Positions 25,601 through 37,600 of a stretch of DNA of 64,000 nucleotides are shown here, piece by piece. Positions within the stretch are counted from its first letter, which is position 1. Each line of letters begins with the position of its first letter. The stretch covers positions 55,797,895-55,861,894 of the forward strand of contig NC_090384.1 in NCBI RefSeq assembly GCF_036365525.1. The letters are read 5' to 3'. A program made the translations under genes and the position numbers. Under the pieces are notes generated by a model. It worked only from the letters and a program-made list of their open reading frames with translations, was not told where the DNA came from and did not search any database. This DNA is from Heterodontus francisci (Eukaryota).

Positions 25601-28600
25601 ACATAGCAATGTGACTTCTTTTCCTGGCTCAGCATCGTGACTACAGGTAAGTTCCGATACTTTGAGGGGTGGCACTGAAGCATAAAAAGCAATGGGGGGA
25701 AATATAAATGGAGACCTTCATGATGAAATAAGCATAAATTAAGCATATTAGTTTTAGAAATAAGCATATCACTTTCATTTCTAACAATGTAAGCTCTCCA
25801 TAGAAACATACTGAAGCTGACAACATGTTTCCAAGTTGTAACATATTGAAGGTGCTAATTTGGCATGTTCTAAACTCCACTAATGTGCTATCCAAACGCT
25901 CTTTGTTGACTAAAATGCAGTTTCCTGAATTCTTCCACTCAACATCTGGTATTAAAGAGATCAGATCTCACACTGCCATGCCAATTTTTCTTTTCTACTG
26001 TAAAATGTCAGTCGTACAGCAAACAACTTTCAACAAGTGGGTATGCATCAGGTTACAGGCAGAAGCAATGTCTTTCAGGATTGAAACACCAAGTCAGGGT
26101 TATAATAGGCTTAAATGATACCCAATGTTAGTGAGCAATTGGCGAATTTTATTGCCATCACACAACTGTGGTAACAAAATATGGAAACTATACAAATACA
26201 TCTGTTTCAAAGATATTAGCAGAAGCCTAGAAACTCCTTGTGTAATTGTATCCGCTAGTGTGAAAGTGTACATATAGCAGAATATGCAATATTTGTATAC
26301 GTTCATTTTAACATTTTCTGTCTGCTATCGTAACAAAGGAATCACTCTAATTCAATTAAACAACAATAATTTTATTAAAAGAGATGATAGTCAAGTGAAT
26401 TGATTAATGAAATCAAATACTAAGATCACCAGTGGATTTCACCCTGCAATGTATTTACTGTGTGTGATTGTAGAGTAATAAATGTATTTACTGTACACCA
26501 CTGTACAGCACAAATGTATTTACGGAAGGCGGGCTGGTAAATTGCACACAGTGCAAATGTATTGTACTGAAGCAACGAAAAGTAACAAACCCACTGAAAA
26601 ATGTAAGCATAGTATATGAATTTCAGAAATCAAGAGGTTACAGTCTTAACAGTTCTACTTATAAAGATAAATGACCTTACCTTTTTGATGATTTTTGAAG
26701 TAATAATATCCAGCAGCAAGAAATGCAGCAATTACCACTACAACTAAAACGCCAACAATTGCTCCAACTGAGGTAGTGCTCTTGGACTCTGCAATTAAAA
26801 ACACATGTAGAGCAGATAATATGTGCCAAAGCACCTAACCTGCATGTATTAATAGGAAGCGGAAAGAACCCCCTATTAGAATATTTTCTAGCAAATGGCT
26901 ATTGGTGGCTCTTAATTACTCTGTTTAAGATAAGGATTCTAAGCTGCCTCCATGCTTTTTTTTTTAGCAATACGGAGAACTTTTTCATTTTCCCTCAACC
27001 CTCCTGAAGTTAGAAAATGAGGTACACACACTGTGTAAATGTCTTTACTGATGTATGAGTCAGGTGAGTCACATGCATGATGTAAATATACTGATACCAC
27101 GGTATGTAGAATTGGACAGATATTAATCATTTTTGTGCACAAATAAAATATACACATGCAACATTAACTCACACCCAGTATATTAGAATATTATGAATGG
27201 GCCCTGAAGTGCATTTTATAGCAAGGACTTTATCTTGTAATCTACTAGTTGCAACAAATATGCTTATATATGCTACATTTTGCACAATTTCACTCATTGG
27301 GCTGGATTTTATAGAGGCCTCGACGACAGGATCCATGGCGGGGGGAGGGGGGGGCACATGAAGATTGCCCCGGATGAGGCTCGCCACAGACCTCGACACC
27401 GGCAGGGCCCATTCTGATATTGGCAGTGGTGACCATCCCCTGCCGCTCAGCGATGGGACTGTGATTTAAATATTCAAATTCATTAACTTGCCCGAGTTAA
27501 TTACATTCCTGTCGCCTCTTGAAGTGCCGCCGCGATCTTTATCCCAGTGGCTGGCACTGCCGCACCTTCAAATCCCTGTCTGGGGAAACGAGGCGCAACA
27601 CCTGTGGGGAGGGGGAGGAAGTAAGTTTCTCAGTGTGGGAGGCGGGGAGCGGGGTCAAACTATTCTGATTGGTGGACGGAATGGTGGGGAGGGGTAAATT
27701 TAAAAGTTTATGAACTTTGTGGGGGGTGGGGGGGGGGGAGGTCAGTTATGCAGGGTAAATTTTTTTGAGGGGAGAGGGCAAGGAATGAGTGTATGAATGG
27801 GGATGGGTGGGAGAGGGGCTGAAAACATGTATGTAATTTTTTTTAAATCAGTTTTATTGAACTTTCCTTTCAAACATGTAAATTAAATGCAAGGGCTGGG
27901 AGCCCTTTAAAATGGCGCCGGTGCTTGCGCAGTGGTGCCAGATGCCGTTGCCAGGCACGGCTTACCCACCCCGTCTACGCCATCGGGAGTGGGGAGACGG
28001 TCCACCCCAGCCATGTAAATGAGCCGCTGCGTATAATATCGCAGTGGCTACGCGGAGTAAAACCCACGTGTGCGGGCCAACATCTTTTACGGCCGCCACC
28101 ATAATTGGTGGCAGCAACATAAAATTCAGCCCATTGTTTTTAGAACTTTAAAGCAGTAAACATCTTTACTCCTTAGGTCTTCAATTCCTTGTACAATCCA
28201 CAGGCTACTGTCAGCCACGGCTCAGTGGTAGCATACTCACCTCTGAGTCAGAAGGCTGTGAGTTTAAGCCCTACTCCAGAGACTAGGCTGACATTGCTAT
28301 CTTGTACTTAAGGAGTACTGCACTACCAGAGGAGTCGTCTTTCAGATGAAGTGTTAAGCTGAGGCCCTGTCTGCTCACTCAAATGGACATAAAATATCCC
28401 ACGGCACTATTTGAAGAGGGGAAGGTGTCCTGGGCAACATTTATACATCAACCATCATTTATACCTAAAACTTTGTCATTTATTTCTTTACTGTTTTTGG
28501 GAGCTTGCTATGTGCAAATTGGGGATCTTATTTCCTGTATTACAACAGTCGTTACACTTCAAAAGTATTTCATTGGTGCTGAAGTGCTTTTGAATGTCCT

Positions 28601-31600
28601 GAGGTTGTGACTTTCTTCCAAGTTTGGCGTCACCTAACTTCTATTTATCAACTTACCTACACCAGTGGTTGTCAACCTCTTTGACTGAAATATCCCTTTC
28701 AAATGTAATCACAGACCCCCATCTAATGTAGGATACTAACTAATACTCAGATTATGAAAGTGTTGCATGTAAGGAGTGTTTTATAATGCTTTAAGGAAGG
28801 AAGGTATTTACTTATAGTTATCAGTAAGATATGTCATCACATCAGAGTGTGCCTGCTTCTCACTGCAGAGTCTGTTTATGCTTGGTGGGTTTTTTGACAA
28901 TGATGCTCATAAATCATTCTCCACTTCCAGAATGGACCTGTACTTTGCCTTCACAGCCTGAGGGAAATAGTGGCCTGGGCTAACTTATATTTTGACGCTC
29001 CTTCTCTAAATATGTAGTACTTAATTTTTTTTTTTTTAAACTCCCCTCTCTGGGACAAGGCTGAACTCACCTGGCGCCCATCATCAACCTTGATAATTGT
29101 GATCTTCATGCCATGCATAGCTCTCCTCTATGCATGTTCCCCTCCTAGGTGAGAGAGCCGGTCCATTCTGTGCTGTGTATGTGGCGGCCACACTCCGCTC
29201 CCACTTCTGAGCTTACACCAAGCCCACCTCCTGACACCGTTCATTCACTTACACTTGACCACAGCACCCTTGGCAGTCAGCCCTCAGAGCCCACCAGTAA
29301 GGTTGGCCCTACTCAGTAAGTACTTTATTTCACAGGCCCCCTGAAAAGTTTCTATGGACCTCATTTTGAATACCAGTTGACCTACAATATGGACATTGGA
29401 CCTTGATGTAGATTTCTCAAGATTAAAAATCTTGCCTCTTGATTTGCAAATATGTGCTCAGAATTGTTAATTGCACGCAAAACAGCATTGGTGTTTAAAA
29501 TAGGACACAAGCCATTTGCTTACAGATAATTTCAAATGTCAGAAGTCAGCAAGTTCTGTCCAACCTAAGAATCTAGTTATTATCAGAATATGAGTACAAT
29601 AATAAGAATTAGGCTTAAAAGTTTTAATCCAAAGTTTTGGGGAAAAAGCAATACTTTTCTGCTGCTAACCCAGATAAACCCACTTGTCCCATGTGTACTG
29701 TCAAGATGATATTATATGCGCTGGTTCATTTAAAAGACTGGGGTACACCGCACCCCCCCCCCACACCCTGGTGGAGGGGGCGGGTGGTCCGTTCCTAGCA
29801 ATGGTGTCAGCTGCCTTTGCGCAGGCGCCGACGCCATTTTCAAAGGGCTTTGAGCCCTACAATGCAATTTAAATATTTAAAGGAATCCTGATCCTTACCT
29901 TCTCCCACACCCCCGCCAATAAGCATAGAAGTAATTAGCTGTGCTCTCCCCAAAAACAAAACAACTACCTAGTGCTCCCGACCTTCCCCCCCAAAGTTCA
30001 TCAACATTACACTTTTGCCCTTCCCACCACCCCCTAGACCAATGAAATGACTCTGACGCCGCTTCCCCTCCACCCCCTCACTGACAAACTTACCTGCTTC
30101 CTCCTCCCCACCAGTGTTCCACCTCAGATCCGAAGGTGTGGAAGTGCTGGCCACCAGCACCAATATCGCTTTGGGACAGACGGTGGGAGCGGGTAAGTAA
30201 TCAATTTGTTTATTTAAATAAATTCAAATATTTAAATCAATTTGAATATTTAATTGGGGCTCCTGTTGCCAAGCGCCGAGAGGGTGCCGCCACGAGGCTT
30301 TGCCGCTGGCAATATTGGGTCGTGCCTTCCCAGCTGGAGGCATGTTCCGGCCCCTCCTGCCACGACCCCCAACATCAGAGGGGCTGTAAAATTCAGCCCA
30401 TACAGTCCAAGACAAGCCGAGGTTTCATCCCCAGTTTATACTGATTTATCTGATGACAGCTGTACTGTCAATTAGCTTCAGCCGGGTAAATAGAAAAAGA
30501 AAAAAAATCGATCAGCCATGAATCCTTCTTCTCACCATGCAGCCATCGATACTAGGAACTGCTTGCTTGTGGAATCAGATGAAGATAGGATCCATACTGG
30601 GATTGCCTGTCAGCACTCAATGGATAGGTACAAAGATGAAGAATGGGCACTTGGTGAAGTATAGGAGAGCAGTGGTAACCACATGACCTTGTTCTAGTAA
30701 GGATTAACCACCCCTCAGTCCAGGAAGGGAGTAAGTACTTTACCATCGTCGAAGTAACTTGTTTTAATTGCACTGTCTACAGTAGAATTCCAAAGAGTGT
30801 CAAATGATTGCTTATATCTCCTAATCTTAGTACTTGAAAAACTTTATTCCTCATAAAAGAAGACATACCTGTGACAATGAGTTGAGCTTCGAGTATAGTG
30901 GCATTAGGATATGACTGGTGCTTCACAATGCATCTGTAAATATTACCATCATCTTCTGATGTTGCTGCAATATATATTTGACTGGATTTATTAAATGTCC
31001 CATCATCATTGCTATCCAATTCACCTCCACCATCCTTGCTCGTAACACTTTCCGTTTTCCCATGCGATCGCTTTTCCCAGCGTATATCTAGCTGCTGCGG
31101 ATAGAATCCAGTAACGTCACATCTCACAGACCCCTTTGAGCCATTTGGGATCGTAATACGTTCATTGGACAAGCTGATCTTTGGTTGAGCTGCATACAAG
31201 ACAAAACTAAATTGAAGATTGACTCATTATAGCTGGATATTATTCATTGTTAATTGAGCAGATGTAAAATATGGATGCTTGCTATCAACATCCTGGGGGT
31301 CACCATTGACCAGAAACTGAACTGGAGTAGCCATATAAATACTGTGGCTACAAGAGCAGGTCAGAGGCTGGGAATTCTGCGGCAAGTAACTCACCTCCTG
31401 ACTCCCCAGTGCCTGTCCACCATCTACAAAGCACAAATCAGGAGTGTGATGGAATACTTTCCACTTGCCTAGATGGGTGCAGCTCCAACAACATTCAAGA
31501 GGCTCACCACCATCCAGGACAAAGCAGCCCATTTGATTGGCACCCCATTCACCACCTTCAACATTCACTCCCTTCATCACATAAGCACAGTGACAGCAGT

Positions 31601-34600
31601 GTGTACCATCTACAAGATGCACTGCAGCAACTCACCAAGATTCCTTTGACAGCACCTTCCAAACCCATGACCTCTATCACTTAGAAGGACAAGGGCAGCA
31701 GATGCATGGGAATACCACCACCTACAAGTTCCCCTCCAAGCCACACACCATCCTGACTTGGAATTATATCGCTGTTCCTTCACTGTCAATGGGTCAAAGT
31801 CCTGGAACTCCCTTCCTAACATTACTATGGGTGTGCCTACAGCTCAAGGACTGCAGTGGTTCTGGAAGGCAGCTCACCGCTACCTTCTCAAGGGCAATTG
31901 AGGGATGGGCAATAAATGCTAGCCTAGCCAGCAACACCCACATCCCACGAACGAAGAAAATAGAAATTACTCATAGTAAAGATACTAGCGACAAACCTAT
32001 CTTCCTTTTATTGTTTTGGTCTGGTTTTCAGTACAAAAATTATTGTTCTTGTGATGAATGACCCATCAACCCTCATTCAGTGTCTGCTCTTTCCCATTAT
32101 TAATTTAGCTAATCTAACCTTAAGCAGTGGTAAACAACAGTTAGAGTCCTGTGCAGGACAGCCGCCATTTTCTACACCTGGTGGAAGAATAACAAAATCC
32201 AGCCCCTCATCTGTGCTGAGTTCACAACATAAAAAGATCTGGGATGAGCAAAGGTCATTCAAGGTGAATGGACGGGAAAGTGAAGCAGCGTGAGAGTCGC
32301 ACAACATGCTCAGGATTGGGAACTGCAGGTAAGATCACAGGGAATTAAATTTAAATTTATGCAGAGAGGTATTTTACATATGTAAAGTTGGGTCCCATCG
32401 CACATAGCAGAGGTGCTGCCACGGAGCCTCGCCACCACCGGGATGATCGGACCCGGCAATCCCAGCATCAGGCTCCATGATGGTCGCTGCTGCTCGATTC
32501 TCCAGCCACCGTCCCCCACCCCCCCCCAACCCCCCCTTACCGGCCATGAAACCCAAAGTCGAGCTGGGAACAAAGTCCAGCCCAAGGTATCAAACGTAAG
32601 ACCGTCCTATCATATCATCAATTCCCTTCAAATATTGTGTATTTTTAATCTTTTTTTGTCTATCCAAAGGTTTGATCTTACTGTCTTGCACTCATATTCA
32701 CAAGGATGGAGCTATTTTAGCTTTTCCCATCAGAATATTACACAAAAGGTTTCTCTGAATTACTTATTTGGTTAATCCAAAAAAACCGCAACACTTTCGC
32801 AAGCCTGTTTTTTTTTCAATTTTGGTTTCTGTATAATTAATGAAAGATTTTTGAACAGAACTAAAAAAGATTACTGCTTGGAATGGAACTCTGTGTGCTC
32901 AAGAGAAAGAAGAGAAAATAAATTTGAAAATTCTTCCCTGACTATCATTCTGGGTGGATACCATTTTACCTTACCCAACACTCTTCACCAACACGTAACC
33001 ACCTGCAAGTCGAAATACCAAACTGAGTTCAATACCAATAGATTAGACAGATGTTTTAGCCACATCCAGGAGATTCTATGTAATAGGTGGAAATGGTATG
33101 TGTGTCAGGATGGAATGTTTTTTTTTCCAGCTCCTCCTTTCCTATGTTAAACATAAACAAGTCCTATATCCTGAAATGGTAATGACTTTTATCTTAAGGC
33201 TTCTTCACATTATAACACTGCTGCTGACAGCAGCCCAGGCTGCAGTAGCACCAATCAGCATTACTATCTCCAGAGGTGCACAGTAACATCTAAAGATGTG
33301 GTTATCCCTGGCTCCTGGAAGGTAGCAGCAATACGAGCAGAAAATATATATGCTGCCATCACCAGTCACCAGCTACCTCAGCACAGACCAAGGATCAAAC
33401 TTGGGACCTGTCTCATCAGTTAATTTAATTTACTGAGTTACTGCACTGAGCTAGGGGAATTACTTGGCAATTTCCACAAAGGAAGTTCAAAATAGCAGTT
33501 GTGAAAAATGGAAAAATGTCACAAGGTGCAAAAGTGGGAATTAATTTTTCTGATTAGGGCTGAGGCACATTATTAGAGGGAGCTTTACTGTGCATCCAAC
33601 ATTGCTAAACCTGATCAATGGTTCTATGACAAAGGAATGCTTGATGCTAACACTGGGAAGATGTTCCTTCCCCAATACTAACATCTGCCACTTTGATGAA
33701 CACAAAGTTCATTAAAAAGTCAAGAAAAAACAAGCTTGTTAACACCAAACCACGACTTAATTCCATTATTTGCAACCTTTGTTGTGTCCTGCATTGGGGG
33801 GCCTTGACCTATGTCCTTCAATGCGAAAAAAAATCAAGGGCTGGATTTTACAGCACCCACCCCCGACGTTGGGGGCTGTGGCGAGGGGGCCGGAAAATGT
33901 CTCCGGGACAGGCCCGCCACAGGCTTCGACGCCGGGAAGGGCTGGCCCGATATTGCTGGTGGCGGCGAGGCCTCGGGACGGGCCCCTCCCCCCCACTGCT
34001 TGGCGATGGGAGTAGCATTAACATAGTCAACAAAATGCAAGTGAATTAATTAAATATTTACCCGCTGTCCGGTCCAGTACCACATTGGTACTGGATGACG
34101 TGGAGGGGGCAGGTAGTCCTGCCACACATTCAGATCTCTGATGTAGACCACTGGTGGGAAGGGGGGAGCAGGTAAGTATTTCAGTGTGGGATGGGGGAAG
34201 CGGGGTCAAAATATTCTGATTGGCAGAGAGAATGGTGGGAAGGGGATGAAGTTAAAAGTTAATGAACTTTGGGGGAGAAGGTCAGGTACACAAGGTAAGT
34301 ATTTTGATGGGAAGGGTGAGAGGACAAGGAATGAGCTGAATGGATATTGGGAGGGTGGGAGAGGGGATAGAAACATTTCTTTAAGCTTTTAAATGAAATC
34401 TAAAATGCCTATTCCTTTAAAAATTTAAACGAAATGTAAGGGCAGGATGCCCTTTAAAAGTGGCATCGGCACCTGCACAGTGGCGCTGGACACTGTTGTC
34501 GGGGACGGACCACCTGCCTCCACGTCATCGGTGAATATCGCGCTAGGTCCGCAATGAGCAGTCTACGCAGGCGGACAGCCATTTTTGAAGCTCGCCGAGC

Positions 34601-37600
34601 ATTTAAAATCTAGCCCCATGATTTTACACCAGGTTATATCCAGAGTTACTCCACTAAATACAGTCCCAAACAATAACAGGGAATGTGCCAGCCTTGGCTC
34701 AGTGGTAACATTCTCACTTCTGAGTCAGAAGGTTTTTGAGTTAAGCTCCAGTCCAGAGACTTAAGCACATAATCAGTGCAGAAGTGAAGGAGTGCAGCAT
34801 TGTTGGAGTTGTCACATGGCACACTATGAAGAAGAACAAGGGAATTCTCCCAGTGTCCTGTTTAATATTTGTCCCTCAGTTACCACATTGCTGTTGGTGG
34901 GACCTTGCTGCATGGAGATTGGCTCCTGCATTTCCCTACATTACAATACTGACTACATTTCAAAAGTTCTTAATTGACTGTGAAGCACCTGGGGCATCCT
35001 GAGGCATTGAAAGGCCAATATAATTGTACTTGTGTCTGCTATAATCAATTTCAGTAACCAAGTTTATACTTTATACAAATATACTTTAAGATAGGTTTCA
35101 ACAATACAAATTTTATTTATAAAACGTTACCTAACACTTGAACCACTGAGCTCTTTTCTGCTTTTGCTGGTGTATAAAATACAGTACAGGTATATTGCCC
35201 TTCTTCATTGATTTGTATTTTTGGAAGATATAGTGAAGCATTTCCTTTCCGCAAATCATCTTCATTCATTCTTGCGCCTGGTCTATTTGAGGAATGATTC
35301 CCTTCATTGAACACATACACCTTTCTCCTGCTTTTTTCATGTATAAAGAACCACTGGATAGCTACATAGTGCAGGTCAAGCTCAGCAGTGTTAAAGTCAG
35401 ATACTTTACATCTCAGAAGAACATCTTCATTCACTAGAACTTGCAGTGGACTTTGAAATATTTCCATAAGCAATGTATCTATACGGAAAAAAAAGTTTGA
35501 AATATATGATAAAACATCTTGTATCATGATTACAAACAGAAGAATTATCACCTCAGATTAAAATATATCACACGTTTGCATTCTTTTAATTAATTATTAC
35601 ACAAAGAAAACCAAGAAATTTGAAACAAATTTGATTTCTAAAGTAAAGTACAATTTAATGTGACATTAAGGACATTGTTAGACTATAGATACCCAATACC
35701 AAAGCCGAAGAGGGCTGCCAGAGCTGAGTTACAATACTGACCCTACATCCCTCTGTGATGGGACTTCAGAGTTCTCTATATGTCGACTTGTACACATCTG
35801 TACAGTTTCACCTACCAGCATCCAAATGCAATTTAATTTTAATACTAGGACAGATCAAAAGTATTATGGCTAATGTAACCAGAGAGCTGCCAAAGACTGT
35901 CAACTTTCGGCAAAGTCAGCATACCAAACATCCTGAGACAACTAATATTGAATCAGGATCAGGGACCCACCAAAATTAACATAAGCAAAATCACAGTAAC
36001 AAAGAAAATAATGGCACTAAAGAGTGACAAATTCCCAGGACCAGATGGGTTCCATCCCAAGGTTTAAAAGAAGTAGGTGGGAACATTGCAGATGTTCTAA
36101 CTATAATCTTCTAAAGTTCTCTTGATTCAGGAATCATTCCTTTTGATAGGAAAATTGTGCATGTCACTTCGCTATTTAAGAAAGATGAGAGAGGGAAACC
36201 AGGGAATTCCAGACCAGTTGGCCCAAAATCTGTGTTGGGAAATTACTAGAATCTATATTTAAGGATAGGGAAACTGAATACCTTAAAAAGTTTTGACATG
36301 GTTAGGAAATTGGCTGAGCAGTAGGAGGCAGACAGTAGAAATAATGGATAGGTGCTCTAATTGGCAGAATTTGACTAGCAGTGTCCCACAAGGAACTGTG
36401 TTGGGCCACAACTGTTCACCATATTTATTAATGAATTAGATGATGGAATAGAAAGCCATATATCCAAATTTGATGATGTTTCAAAGTTGGTGGCATTGTA
36501 AGCAGTGCAGCTGGAATCGTAACATAAGAGATATCGATAGGTTAAGTGAATGGACAAAACTAAAGCAAATTGATGTCAATGTAGGCAAATGTAAGGTTAT
36601 CTACTTCGGACCTGAAAACAATAGAACAGTGTACTTTCTAAATGGTGAAAAGCTGGAAATAGTGGAGGCCCAAAGAGATTTGGGGGTCCAAGTACATAGA
36701 TCATTAAAATGTCATAAACAAGTACAGAAATAATCAAAAAGGCTAACACATTGCTGACCTTTATATCTAAAGGATTAGAATATAAACAGGCTTCAGTGAT
36801 ACAAAGCCCTGGTCAGACCGCACATGGTGTATTGTGAGCAATTCTGGCCTTGGAGGGAGTGCAGCATAGATTTACCAGAATGATACCTGAACTCCAAAGG
36901 TTAAATTATGAAGGCAGATTACACAAATTAGGTTTGTATTCCCTGGAATTAAGAAGGTTAAGGGGTCAAAGTTTTCAAAATAGCAAGGCGAGCAGATAGG
37001 GTAGATAGCGAGAAACCACTTCTGCTGTTTGGGGAGTCTAGGTGTAGGGGGGATTAGTCTAAAAGTAGGAGCCAGACCTTTCAGGGGTGAGATTAGGAAA
37101 CACTTCTACTTGCAAAGGGTGGTAGAAGTTTGGAACTCTCTTCTGAAAATGACATTTGATGCTAGATCAATTGTTAATTTTAAAACTGAGATTGGTAGAT
37201 TTTTGTTAACCGAAGGTATTAAGGGATATGAGAAAAAGGCAGGTATATGGAGTTAGGTCACAAATCAGACATGATCTCATTGAATGGTGGAATAGGCTCA
37301 AGGAGCTAAATGGCCTACTCCTATTCCTCGGTTGATTTCGCTTGTAGACTTGTGGCAAAGGCATTTCACAGTATAAACCTAAACCATATATATTAAAAGG
37401 TTACAGGTTCAATTCTTTATTTGTGCTGATCCAGCCCACCTCAACTGGGACAGTCTTTGAGGCACTACAGTTTGCTTCAGTCGGAAGTAAAAAGTGAAAC
37501 CATGGTTTACACTCATGATCTCTACCTAGTGGTCATTGTAGATATGTGGATATTGAAGGAGAGCAGGATTGTGTTCAGCAGTGATCCTTCCACCATCCCT

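Noticed and set aside
26448-26570. CRISPR-like repeat-spacer pattern
   Set aside because: Eukaryotic intron, 11-bp core, irregular spacing, no cas genes.
16290-35478. Rearranging Ig/IgNAR/TCR locus (V plus five C1 exons)
   Set aside because: The V exon includes its own G strand and ends in a splice donor; I saw no RSS, D/J segments or WGxG motif; the TM exon follows the first C1.
30869-35478. Tapasin/TAPBPL or SIRP assignment
   Set aside because: No tapasin N-terminal domain exon, TM lysine or KKxx end was found; V and C1 motifs fit B7-H6 better. A phylogeny is still needed.
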